Part shown: piece by piece, positions 10,718 to 20,154 of the stretch | How the letters are laid out: each line of letters opens with the position of its first letter | How positions within the stretch are numbered: the stretch's first letter is position 1 | DNA from: Nitrospirota bacterium | GTDB lineage: Bacteria > Nitrospirota > UBA9217 | NCBI GenBank assembly: GCA_035516155.1 | Contig: DATJAP010000001.1 | Location: forward strand, 120,239-184,238 | Reading direction: 5' to 3' | DNA length: 64,000 bases | The notes under the pieces: generated by a model | The model's database searches: none | What the model was told of the DNA's origin: nothing | The model's input: only the letters and a program-made list of their open reading frames with translations | Program-made: the position numbers and the translations under genes

Positions 10718-11968
10718 TCAATTTCGCTGAGTGGGAAGATTGCTCTGCATGAATTCGATCGCGCGAAGCAGCTGACGGTCCTTGCTTGCGCGCAAACCTT
10801 CGGGAGTGATATTCCGTTCTGCTTCCGCGATCAAAGGAGAGGCGCCTTCGGGAAGCGAAACCGTAACATCGGGCGTGATGCCTTTATGCCAGATTGTGCG
10901 GCCCTTCGGGGTGAGCCATTCCAGAAAAGCTAGCTGCACGGCCGATCCGTCAGAGAGCGGGATGGTTTTCAAGACCGTGCCGGTTCCGAAGGTGGTTTCG
11001 CCCACGAGTGTCGCGCGCATGGCGTCCTGGAGAGCGCCGGCAACGATCTCTGCTGCGCTCGCGGTCCCTTCGTTTATGAGAACGACAAGAGGAAGGCTGC
11101 TTTTTTTGAAACCGCCTTCAAGGGACACGGGCCGCACCTTGCCGTGAGCGTCCTTTTCCAACAGCGCATCCCCTTCTTTCAAAAATTGACTTTCCACACC
11201 CACTGCTATGTCCAGAAGACCCCCGGGATCGTTCCGGAGATCGAGAATAAGTCCCTTGGCCCCGGTTCGATCGATCTCTGCGAGTGTTTTTTCCAGGAAT
11301 TTGGCCGTTCCTTTGCTGAATAAAGCAATCCGGACATATGCCAGATCAGTGCCCGGGAGACTCAGCCAGGTAACGCTGCGAATCTCTATTTTCGCGCGGG
11401 TGATCTCGATTGTCCGTTCCTCTCCCGTTGCCGGGTTCATGATTGTAAGTGACACCCGCGTGCCGGGGGGGCCTTTGATTATGGCGATAACCTGTGGTAA
11501 CGGCAAGCCTTCCACGTTGCGGCTGTCAACCTTTTTTATCACGTCGCCGGAACGAAGTCCGGCTTTTTGAGCAGGTGAACCGTCCATAGGCGCAACAATG
11601 ACCAATTGTTTATTTTTCACCTGAAGCTCGGCTCCTATGCCGGCAAATTCACCACGTTCCAAGCTGTGTTCGTCCTGCACCATATCCGGGGTCATAAAAA
11701 CGCTGTGGCCGGTATCGCCAAGGGATTCCACCATGCCGCTGATTGCGCCGTAGGTCATCGTCTTCGGCTGTACGGCAGATCGGTCGACATATTGCTGCTC
11801 GATAGCGTTCCAGGCCTCAGCCATCAGTCGGAATTCCGGAGTTGCTGCCCGGGGAATATCTGAGGAGGGCACGGGATCGTAACGGATAATTTGGTGGAAG
11901 AACGCACCGATCATGATTCCCAGGATCAGCGGCAAAAGCCAATATGCAAAACCCTGTATCTTCCTCAT
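10718..11968 (-). CDS. S41 family C-terminal processing peptidase (PDZ domain)
   Basis: The PDZ segment (GIGAELQ...GSPAQKAGLRSGDVI) and S41 catalytic region (LINEGTASAAEI...) are present. I moved the start to the ATG at 11968 (MRKIQGF..., GGGGAG SD, signal anchor). The track start at 12043 lacks both an SD and a signal. Confidence 0.9.
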   Translation of the reverse strand: MRKIQGFAYWLLPLILGIMIGAFFHQIIRYDPVPSSDIPRAATPEFRLMAEAWNAIEQQYVDRSAVQPKTMTYGAISGMVESLGDTGHSVFMTPDMVQDEHSLERGEFAGIGAELQVKNKQLVIVAPMDGSPAQKAGLRSGDVIKKVDSRNVEGLPLPQVIAIIKGPPGTRVSLTIMNPATGEERTIEITRAKIEIRSVTWLSLPGTDLAYVRIALFSKGTAKFLEKTLAEIDRTGAKGLILDLRNDPGGLLDIAVGVESQFLKEGDALLEKDAHGKVRPVSLEGGFKKSSLPLVVLINEGTASAAEIVAGALQDAMRATLVGETTFGTGTVLKTIPLSDGSAVQLAFLEWLTPKGRTIWHKGITPDVTVSLPEGASPLIAEAERNITPEGLRASKDRQLLRAIEFMQSNLPTQRN

Positions 11969-12844
11969 ACAATGCTCCCCGCCTTCGTTATGATTGTGAC
12001 ACACCAGGTCAGGCACACAATGTCCTGGTGGCTGCCTTTTCATTCATCTCCGCTATGATGCATTCGTTTTAAGTCCTATCAATGACCCTTTCTTTCACGA
12101 GAACCTCAGCCGGAGATGCGAGGACGACTTAATCTATTCTTCGCTGTCCTCCTGTAATTTTAACATATTCAAGAGATGCGAGCTCGGTCGAGTCGCACGA
12201 AGAATATAAGAGTTGACGATGCTGCTCGCAGCAAAGCGGACAATAAGGTCCTTCAACCTCGCCTCGCTGATCGCCCCGTTCGCAGGAGCTCCCGTATGCT
12301 TAGGTCATCAATTCCTGGGGAACCTGTTCGCGGCCGCCGGAGTTTGTACTCTGTCGGTTTTAGATCCAGACTTGCCGATTTATCCGGGCAACGCAGTCGT
12401 AGCGTTTTTATGGTCATCGTAGCAGTCCCTGCCTTTGTTTATTCGTTGAAAGAAGTTCTGGCGGCGAGAAAACAGCCGGCTCCCGGACCGTAAATATCGC
12501 CTGATTCTTTTCGGGCTCGGCTCAAGTGGAAAGATTTTGATAACTTTGTTGCCGGGGAAATCCCCCTACGCATAGCTCAACGAACCCGTCTTCGAAGGCA
12601 AATCCGTTATCGCGATAGAACAGGTTCGGGATGATGAGAAGATCGACCTCCTTGTCCTTCCGGATAACGCGGCACTTGGAATTGCGGGTTCACCGGGCTC
12701 CACCATTGTTGTCTATGAGATTCTCAACTACGGATTCCCGCTCTTGCGACCGTTCTCTTTTTGAGTAAGGGGGAGTGAGAGCTATTCCTATCCTTCAGAG
12801 TAAATCTCCGCAGCCTCCCCCATCAATTCGGCCCTTTGATCCCT

Positions 12845-13738
12845 TTAATCAGCGTCCTTCGGCATCTCGGCAGGAATCTTCACAAATTCCCCGCTTGTGA
12901 GGACGATCTCGATCCTCCTGTTTTTCGCTTTCCCTTCATCCGTGTTGTTCGATGCAACTGGGCGGTACTCGGAGTATCCGCATGCAGAGAGACGCTCCGG
13001 ATCTATACCGTCATTTTGCAGATACCTTACCACGGTAGTCGCCCGCGAGGTGGAAAGCTCCCAGTTTGTCGGAAATTTGGCTTCTAGCCCCGATCCTATG
13101 GGAACGTTGTCCGTATAACCTTCTATCCGAATCTGCTTATCGGGCACCTTTTTCAGGATCTCCGCGACGCGGTCTAGGACCTTTTTCCCGTTTTTCTTTA
13201 TCGCCGCGCTTCCTGAGTCAAAGAGAACCTTTTCCACCATGCTGAGCGTAAGCTTGTCCCTAAGCTGGGTAATAGTGACATCTCCCTTTTTTATTTCTTC
13301 CTGCATTTCTCCTACCAAGCTGTCGTAAGTCTTCTTGACTTCTGCGATGGACTTTTCCTTTTCCGCGATTGCTGCTGCCTTCTCCCGTAAAAGCACATCT
13401 ATATTGTTCCGCAGGCTGGTGACATCCACGTCCCTGTTGGCAAGTTTAGCCCTGAGCTCAACGATTGTTTTATTCAACGCGTCCGCCTTGGATTTAAGGA
13501 TCTCATTGAGGCCCTTGTTGTCCTCCAAAAGCGCCTGATTCTGCTTTTTCAGATCGTCGTTTTCGTTCCTTAATTTTGTCAGTTCGTCCTCTTCCTGTTT
13601 AAGCCTGCTTTCCATCGACGAAACATCCTTTTTGAGATTGTCTATGTCGGTGAGCCTATCCTTGTACTTTGCCGTTGAAACACAACCAAAGACTAATAAG
13701 ATTGCTGAAAAAAGGATTATCAATCTGAGTTTCACCAT
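12845..13738 (-). CDS. OmpA-family peptidoglycan-binding lipoprotein with a long coiled coil
   Basis: GGAGGAG SD before the ATG at 13738. Lipobox LVFGC, about 180 aa of heptad-rich Glu/Lys/Leu sequence, and a C-terminal OmpA/MotB domain (RIEGYTDNVPIG...NRRIEIVL). Confidence 0.85.
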   Translation of the reverse strand: MVKLRLIILFSAILLVFGCVSTAKYKDRLTDIDNLKKDVSSMESRLKQEEDELTKLRNENDDLKKQNQALLEDNKGLNEILKSKADALNKTIVELRAKLANRDVDVTSLRNNIDVLLREKAAAIAEKEKSIAEVKKTYDSLVGEMQEEIKKGDVTITQLRDKLTLSMVEKVLFDSGSAAIKKNGKKVLDRVAEILKKVPDKQIRIEGYTDNVPIGSGLEAKFPTNWELSTSRATTVVRYLQNDGIDPERLSACGYSEYRPVASNNTDEGKAKNRRIEIVLTSGEFVKIPAEMPKDAD

Positions 13739-14350
13739 GACTGCACTCCTCCTTCTCTGAGATGGTGATTTAGTCCGCGTCCGCATGTTTCATAACAATA
13801 CTTTTCCTCGACAAAGCAATGTCGCCGGAAAGCATTTCATCGAGAAGCACCCAACTTTATCACGTCACTGCGGGATGTTTCCTCATTTCTTACTCCTTTT
13901 TTAGCATAGCACAGTTTCTCTCCGTCGTTGTGCATCCAGCGAGTGATGCAACTACATTTACGGACGCGAGACCGAAGAGGCAACCTGTCAAGTAATCTTC
14001 GATCCTGGGCCGCGCGAGACCGGTAGACAGTACAATTCCCAAGCCGACAGCCGTTTACAAGATCCGTTCGGTAGGCATACAGTCGTGCATGTTGCGGCAT
14101 GAAATCCACAGGCACATATCTGCTTGGTCAAGCCTTTTCAAGTGAAAACGGTGGCTCGTTCCGGCTATCCATTGTCTTCCCCTATATAATTGCAGAATCG
14201 CCGGAAAAACAATACAAAAACAATACTCAAAAACAATACTCTTTCTTGACGTCGCCGTTTATTTTTTGTATATTGACACAACGGCAATGTGAACATAAAA
14301 GCGATTCTGCTGTCTATCATAAGTCATTTCGGAATTTTGGTCTAAAATGT

Positions 14351-14851
14351 ATGAAGCGCGGATTGTTGATTATCTTTCCGTTCCTGGTTGTCTTGAACTC
14401 CTTGCTGGCTCCGGCGGCCGAACTTGCCCCCTGCAAGGGAGAGGATACGGCTCTTATCATTGATACCGCCAGCCACACAATGTGGATGTGTCAGAAGAGT
14501 GATGAGATCGCCGAATTCCCTGTAGCGATCGGTCAGTGCGGCGTGGAGAAACGGGGCAAGGGAGATAAAAAAACCCCCCGGGGTGAGTTCGATCTTGGTA
14601 TGCCGAGACCCTCCAGCAAGTTCCTGCTCTTCATCCCCATTGGATACCCGAACGCGGTGCAATTGGCCAAAGGCTATTCCGGCGGAAACATAGGCATACA
14701 TGGCCCGCACCGCGAGAGCCTCTGGCTCGGAAAAGAATCCGCGAAGGTCGATTGGACGCGCGGATGCATCGCCGTCGGCACGGATGAAGACATTCTAACA
14801 GTGGCGAAGTGGGTGAAGGACCAAGGCGTAAAAAAGGTCATCATACGATAA
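14351..14851 (+). CDS. YkuD-fold enzyme resembling YafK/DpaA (L,D-transpeptidase-like)
   Basis: Signal peptide from the ATG at 14351. The motifs GDKKTPRGEF, IGYPNA, IGIHG and TRGCIAV match what I recall of E. coli YafK/DpaA (GDFKSPEGFY, IGFPNAY, MIHG, SIGCYAM). The 84-codon N-terminal extension in the ORF track is unsupported. Confidence 0.75.
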   Translation: MKRGLLIIFPFLVVLNSLLAPAAELAPCKGEDTALIIDTASHTMWMCQKSDEIAEFPVAIGQCGVEKRGKGDKKTPRGEFDLGMPRPSSKFLLFIPIGYPNAVQLAKGYSGGNIGIHGPHRESLWLGKESAKVDWTRGCIAVGTDEDILTVAKWVKDQGVKKVIIR

Positions 14852-14917
14852 CTGGCGACGGCTCTTCTCCATACCACAATTACTCATTTCAGATATCCTC
14901 CCTCTTCTCCCAGTCGC

Positions 14918-14946
14918 TTGACAGGCATTTTTTCATTCACTACAAT
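14918..14946 (+). promoter_or_regulatory. sigma70-type promoter candidate (TTGACA-17 nt-TACAAT)
   Basis: TTGACA at 14918-14923 and TACAAT at 14941-14946. The ATG at 14954 lies 7 nt after the -10 box and has no SD, which implies a leaderless transcript. Confidence 0.4.
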
Positions 14947-14953
14947 GAGCATT

Positions 14954-15853
14954 ATGAAGAGCATCTTCAGACTCATCATTATCTTCGCTTTTTTGTACGT
15001 TCCGGGATTTGCGGCAGGGGGCGAGGCGTTCCACTATGGCAAACAAAAAGAAGTCCTTGGCAGAGTTGGTCGATACACGGTATCAAAGAACGAGTCTTTG
15101 TACGAAATCGCCCGCTGGTACAAGACAGGGTTTAATGAGATCGTTGCCGCCAACCCGGGGGTTGACCCCTATATCCCTGGAAAGGGGAGAACGCTTATCC
15201 TGCCGACAGCATGGGTGCTTCCTGACAGCAATAGGAATGACGGCATCGTCATCAATGTCTCCGAGACGAGACTATACTATTTTTATCGGCATCGGGGCAG
15301 TCGACTGGTCAAGACATACCCCATCGGCATCGGGGATGAAGGAGCCGATACACCCGAGGGGAAGTTCAAAGTGACGGAAAAGATCGTGCATCCTGCATGG
15401 CATGTTCCCGCATCCATAAGGAAAGAAAAGCCGGAACTGCGCGAGGTAGTGCCTCCGGGGCCCAATAATCCAATGGGTGACTACGCATTGCGTCTTTCTC
15501 TGGGGACAGTGCTGATCCACGGAACCGACGTACCGTGGGGCATCGGCAAGAGGGTCAGCCATGGCTGTATCCGTCTGTACCCCGAAGACATCAAAGAGCT
15601 TTTCCACAGCGTCCCTCTCGGGACCAAAGTGACCATCATCAAACAGCCGGTGAAGGCAGGATTGAGCGGCGACAGAGTATATGTTCAAGTTAACGAAGAC
15701 AGTGAGTGGAAAACGTTTGATTACCTCGGGGAGCTGCGAAATCTGCTCAGGAAAAAAGGACTCATGAATCGCGTTAATCCTCGCAGGCTTGAAGCTGCGG
15801 TGCGGAAAAAAACCGGTTATGCTGTGGATGTCTCTCTGAATCAGAAGCGGTAG
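14954..15853 (+). CDS. L,D-transpeptidase with an N-terminal LysM domain
   Basis: Signal peptide MKSIFRLIIIFAFLY. LysM segment (YTVSKNESLYEIARWY...ILP). YkuD catalytic motif HGTDVPWGIGKRVSHGCIRL. The start is uncertain (14918, 14945 or 14954). Confidence 0.85.
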   Translation: MKSIFRLIIIFAFLYVPGFAAGGEAFHYGKQKEVLGRVGRYTVSKNESLYEIARWYKTGFNEIVAANPGVDPYIPGKGRTLILPTAWVLPDSNRNDGIVINVSETRLYYFYRHRGSRLVKTYPIGIGDEGADTPEGKFKVTEKIVHPAWHVPASIRKEKPELREVVPPGPNNPMGDYALRLSLGTVLIHGTDVPWGIGKRVSHGCIRLYPEDIKELFHSVPLGTKVTIIKQPVKAGLSGDRVYVQVNEDSEWKTFDYLGELRNLLRKKGLMNRVNPRRLEAAVRKKTGYAVDVSLNQKR

Positions 15854-15889
15854 GGCCTGCTCTAATTCGGATTCTGTTGAGACGGCCGA

Positions 15890-16126
15890 TTATTTTGTCT
15901 GCATCAGCTCGAATTCCTTCTCGGATTTCTCAGCGGCGGTTTCGGCTTTGTTCGCCGCTGCCTCAGCTCGGAGAGCCGCATCTTCAGCCCTCTTTGCGTT
16001 GATGTCTGCCTGCTGCTCAAGCTTGCTGACCCTCTCCTCGAGCGATTTGACGGAATCTTTGCTTGCGCATCCGCCCCCAGCACTCAGCAGCAAGACGGAA
16101 GCTGTCACTAAGAGAATCTTATTCAT
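15890..16126 (-). CDS. Lpp-like small coiled-coil lipoprotein with a C-terminal Lys (78 aa)
   Basis: Start at MNKILL. Lipobox SAGGGC followed by ASKD. An Ala/Glu/Lys-rich helical repeat is present and the protein ends ...AEKSEKEFELMQTK. Confidence 0.7.
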   Translation of the reverse strand: MNKILLVTASVLLLSAGGGCASKDSVKSLEERVSKLEQQADINAKRAEDAALRAEAAANKAETAAEKSEKEFELMQTK

Positions 16127-16311
16127 GTTTGTCTGCCTTTCCACTGTGTTCGCAATGTCAATAAAGACGGATTTGCATCCAACGAGTGCTTTTGCACAGA
16201 GATTTTTCCTCATCGACTTCCTTTCTCTCTCCTGTGCATATGGTCATGATCCAGGATAAATTAATCTAAGGGGCCTCTAAGAACCAGGCCCCTCCATTTT
16301 CCCTTTGTGCA

Positions 16312-16653
16312 TCATTTTTTTTGCATGAGCTCGAATTCCTTCGCGGATTTCTCAGCGGCGGTCTCGGCTTTTTTCTCCGCCGATGCGGCCCCTTCCTGAG
16401 CAGCTTCGCACTTCTTCAATGAGTCCTCAGCCTTATTCGCCGCTTCTTCTGCGCGGGCAGCCGCGTCTTGCGCCTTCTTCAGATCTGACTCAGAAGTCAT
16501 GCCGGCTTTTTCGAGGTTGCTGATTCTGCTCTCAAGATTGCTAATTCTCCCCTCGAGTGGATCGACGCGTGAACTAACGAAATCCTTGGTCGCACATCCA
16601 TACCCGAGACTCAGGAAAAACACTGCTGCAAGCACGCCAATGTATCGTTTCAT
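16312..16653 (-). CDS. Lpp-like small coiled-coil lipoprotein with a C-terminal Lys (113 aa), paralog of 15890-16126
   Basis: GGGAGGG SD before the ATG at 16653. Lipobox LGYGC followed by ATKD. Contains the repeat RISNLESRISNLE and ends ...AEKSAKEFELMQKK. Confidence 0.7.
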   Translation of the reverse strand: MKRYIGVLAAVFFLSLGYGCATKDFVSSRVDPLEGRISNLESRISNLEKAGMTSESDLKKAQDAAARAEEAANKAEDSLKKCEAAQEGAASAEKKAETAAEKSAKEFELMQKK

Positions 16654-17295
16654 TTTATGCCCTCCCTTCCCAGATGAACTCATAACAAGTTGCCTCTCCT
16701 CTTTTGAATGTTATTCACCTCCTCCGGAAGTTTGATAACCACTCCTGTTATCTCCTGAATTATTCTTAATTTAATCTTGCATTCTGCAGCTTGTTTTCCG
16801 AATAGGTTGGAGCCATGGCCATAAACAAATAGACCTTGCCAATTATCGTACATTTAATGCCGTTCAATCCTCATGACATACTTTGGCTCAAATTGCTGTC
16901 CCCGGGAAATATTACCGATAATCTTGTCCTTGATACTAATAAGTCTAACACGGATTCACTGCATGTCAAATCAATGAGCAGATTTAAAAGGCGCCGCACT
17001 GTTCGGATTTGCGCCTCGGCGATTCTCCTTCCTGAGACTCCCTGTCAGACTTTTCGCTCTTTTAGAACGTTGCCCCAAGCTGTCCCACAACGGTCAAGCA
17101 CAGCTCTTCTTTTCACGCCATAGCCGGTTTTGATGAAGGTTTTGATCTCGAAACTACCATGGCATCGGGAGTATCTGTCACAAGGCAAAAATCTTCGATA
17201 CCAGCACGCACGATGCGTAAAACGCATAAGTCTATTTTCGCACTCTGTGTGGCATCTATGTCTTCTTTCAGCTTTCTTTTCTGGCGCAACGATCC

Positions 17296-18228
17296 TTATC
17301 TTCCGGAATGAACAATAATGACCGGGATCGATGAGTTCAAGATCGTTTCCCGGGCTGTGCTGCCGAGATAGGCTTCCAGCAGCATATTCCTGCCATGCGT
17401 CCCCATTACTGCCAGCGAATAGCCATGTTCACTCTCCTGATAAACGGCGCTGGAGGCCACATCATACTTTTCATTGATTTTGTAGTCGCAGGGAACTCCA
17501 CGACTCTGAAAGAAACGGACCTTTTGTTCTATTAATCGGCTGGAATCATCCCGAATCTGGGTTAGAATTTCATCAAGATTGAGCGGCAGCCAGCCGGCCG
17601 CCGTACTGCTGTCACGAATAATAGTTCTATAACTGTCCCCCAGGCAATGGAACAGAAAGACCCTTGCACCGATGCGCTTTGCAAGAGAAAGCGCATAGAG
17701 CTCCGCTGCACGGCTGTTTTTGCCCAGATCGGTCGCAACGAGAACGTCTATTTGTTTCCGAGCGCCAAAATCTTGGGCATTTTCCTGAGCGACGGGGCCG
17801 ACCACCATCACGGGACGCCGGGCGTGACGGATCACTTCTTCGGCGACGCTTCCTATGAGCAGACGTTCCATTCCCTTCCGTCCCCGGGTGCCCATAACGA
17901 CAAGTTCTGGAGCAGCCCTCGCCCGCAGGGCCTTCAGAATCTGCTCCGGAGGCGAACCGCTTTTTAAGAACGTACGGACGGGCACGGTAAATCGACCGCC
18001 AACTTCCTCTAGCTTTTTCTGATGCAGGGAGTGCCACGCGTAAATGTGGGAGGCATCAAATTCCCGAGGAGAATCGGTTTTTATATCTTCCACGTACAGG
18101 AGGTCTATTCCTGCTTTGAGTTGCTGCGCCACAGAAGAGGCAACAATGCTTATCGCCTGTGAACGTCGTTTGTCAGAATCGTTCTGATTCTCGATGTCGT
18201 CAGCTACTAAAATTGCGCGCTGTGGCAT
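17296..18228 (-). CDS. universal stress protein, tandem Usp domains
   Basis: Two UspA-type ATP-binding C-terminal motifs are present (VMGTRGRKGMERLLIGSVAEEVIRHARRPVMVV and VMGTHGRNMLLEAYLGSTARETILNSSIPVIIV). I chose the start at MPQRAIL because of its GAGGAG SD. Confidence 0.85.
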   Translation of the reverse strand: MPQRAILVADDIENQNDSDKRRSQAISIVASSVAQQLKAGIDLLYVEDIKTDSPREFDASHIYAWHSLHQKKLEEVGGRFTVPVRTFLKSGSPPEQILKALRARAAPELVVMGTRGRKGMERLLIGSVAEEVIRHARRPVMVVGPVAQENAQDFGARKQIDVLVATDLGKNSRAAELYALSLAKRIGARVFLFHCLGDSYRTIIRDSSTAAGWLPLNLDEILTQIRDDSSRLIEQKVRFFQSRGVPCDYKINEKYDVASSAVYQESEHGYSLAVMGTHGRNMLLEAYLGSTARETILNSSIPVIIVHSGR

Positions 18229-18839
18229 TCTCGGCTCCTCTTGCGGTGTCTCATCTGGCGCGACGCTCACGATGCGATTATCTTTCTTTAAAACGATTCT
18301 CAAACCGCTGATAGCGTAAAATATTCTTCATCGCCTCTTTATAAAAAAGAGCTTCTACCCTTTCCTTTTTGAGAGGGCCGGCGCTTCCTTTATGCTAAAA
18401 GTATGTAGCCAACTTGCCACGAGGATGTCGTCCTCCCTTTGCGCCTCGGGAAGAGACCATCGATAAAGAGGTGGAACAGGGATACAACGCAGATGTAAAC
18501 TCCCAAACGAAGGTTCAGGGGAATCTGCGCAGCAGGGCCCTATCCTTCCCGACCCGGGATCCTCGGATTCGCGATCCAGGTCGTCTGACAGCCGGTCCCC
18601 CTCAGAAATTTTATGAAAGCGACCTTGCGGTTGAAAGGCTGACTGATACCGACGACCTTGACAATGAACTTAAGATACCTCTGACTGTACTGTACAAAAT
18701 ACGCCCACCTCAACGTGGTTGGGTTATTCGTAACCGCACCATATCCTCATTCGTCGTTATGGTCGATGGAACGTTCAGTCCAATATAAAAGTCCTCTGGA
18801 TATAGAAAAAAATCGGAGGACCCCACTTAAACACACATC

Positions 18840-18874
18840 CCGGCCTTGTCCCAAAAGCATTAAAGCAAGGCCGG
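18840..18874 (-). terminator. hairpin downstream of the Met/His-rich gene (CCGGCCTTG...CAAGGCCGG)
   Basis: A 9-bp perfect stem with a 17-nt loop lies 40 nt after the stop. The T-tract is weak (GTGTGTTT). Confidence 0.45.
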
Positions 18875-18914
18875 AATGCCCATTCTTGTCAAAGAGCGAA
18901 TTCACCAGTATCAA

Positions 18915-19664
18915 CTACATCTTCATCTTCATCGGTTCCGCGGACGCCATCTTATCGAGGAGGTCGATGACTGTCTTTGCCGCATTGCCGATCTTGTGCG
19001 TGTCCGCCATCATTGCGTTGCCGCCGGTAACGCCTTTTGCATGCATATCCATCATCGCCTTTCCTGTCATGACTTCCTTCAGTACGGAGCTGGCGTTGGA
19101 CAGCATCATCTTTCCATGTTCGATGGAATATTTGTCCACATCCGACATTCCCATTTGTCCGAGCATCACCATATTGGACCCTTGGGTTGCCATCTCCAGC
19201 GCATGGTTTATCATGATATGCATGTGATGCATGGTCATCATGTCGTCCGTCATCGGGCCTTCCATATTCATATTTTCGAGCAAGTCCACCACGGCCAATT
19301 CCGCATTGCCTAATTCATGGGTGTATTTCATGAGGGGATCGTCGCCATGACCGGCCTTGTGCATGGCCTGCATCTCCGGTCCCTTCAGGACGTGCTCAAT
19401 GACCTCTCTGCCGTTCTTGATCATATTTTGACCGTGTTCAAGGGTCATCGGATCGAGTGCGGCGGTCATATTCATTTTGGCAAGCATGACCAGGTTCGAG
19501 CCCTCGGCAACCATTTCAAGCCCATGGTTCATCAGGATGTGCATATGGTGCATGTCCATGGATGCCTCGCCTCCATGTTCGGCATAAGCCGTACCGAAAA
19601 ACCCAATGGTCAGCATGAACGCACCAGCCGTGACGGCCCCCAAGAGCCTTTTTTTGCTTTTCAT
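18915..19664 (-). CDS. periplasmic Met/His-rich protein with an internal duplication (candidate metal-binding)
   Basis: AAAGGAG SD and a signal peptide. By hand count it has about 40 Met and 17 His in 249 aa. Two repeats of about 100 aa each begin M(D/T)MHHMHI(L/M)xNHxLEM and end GNAxxxVxDLLxxM. Confidence 0.8.
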   Translation of the reverse strand: MKSKKRLLGAVTAGAFMLTIGFFGTAYAEHGGEASMDMHHMHILMNHGLEMVAEGSNLVMLAKMNMTAALDPMTLEHGQNMIKNGREVIEHVLKGPEMQAMHKAGHGDDPLMKYTHELGNAELAVVDLLENMNMEGPMTDDMMTMHHMHIMINHALEMATQGSNMVMLGQMGMSDVDKYSIEHGKMMLSNASSVLKEVMTGKAMMDMHAKGVTGGNAMMADTHKIGNAAKTVIDLLDKMASAEPMKMKM

Positions 19665-19741
19665 TTTGCCTACTCCTTTCGAAAAAATGAGATTTTTGCA
19701 ACAATCTGCGTTGTATCTATAGACCTGAATCTTTTAAATAT

Positions 19742-19754
19742 AGCAATAATTGCT
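19742..19754. promoter_or_regulatory. 13-bp perfect palindrome AGCAATAATTGCT upstream of the Met/His-rich gene
   Basis: Seen directly in the sequence, 78-90 nt upstream of the ATG at 19664. Treating it as an operator is speculative. Confidence 0.25.
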
Positions 19755-20073
19755 TTCGCTGCATTTCCTCCTTTCCTTGGCTTTGATACAAAATCGCTAG
19801 CAAAAGTATAGCACGCTTATTCAAAGATATTCCGGTTAATCAATCAGTGGGGAATCTTGCATAGGCCGTAGACGATCAAATACATTGACATATTAAGAAG
19901 ATTTGACGTGCCGTGTGCATGCATCACAAAAGAGAGCAACCGCATTTTCAAGCCGGAAGTCAAAATAAAATGACTCCGCCTCGAACACATCCTCGTGTGC
20001 GAGCATGAGACTGCGGATATGCCGAAGCGGAGCCGATCCTAAAGGGGAGGAATGTCCTCAACGGACAACCTAT

Positions 20074-20088
20074 GCGCAAATATACGCA
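20074..20088. promoter_or_regulatory. conserved quasi-palindromic 15-mer GCGCAAATATACGCA (partner at 22435-22449)
   Basis: 14 of 15 positions match the reverse complement of 22435-22449. It overlaps the short palindromes ATACG-CA-CGTAT here and ACGCATGCGT in the partner. Function is unknown. Confidence 0.3.
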
Positions 20089-20154
20089 CGTATGCCTGGG
20101 CAGTTACGAATCTGAAGCTCTCAATCTCGTTTTTGATGATGGAGGTGCTGTTGA

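Noticed and set aside
14099-14350. 84-codon N-terminal extension of the YafK-like ORF, and the TTG at 14918 as the start of the LysM-LDT
   Set aside because: The extension has no SD or signal logic, whereas a signal peptide begins at the ATG at 14351. The TTG at 14918 is itself the TTG of a TTGACA -35 box.
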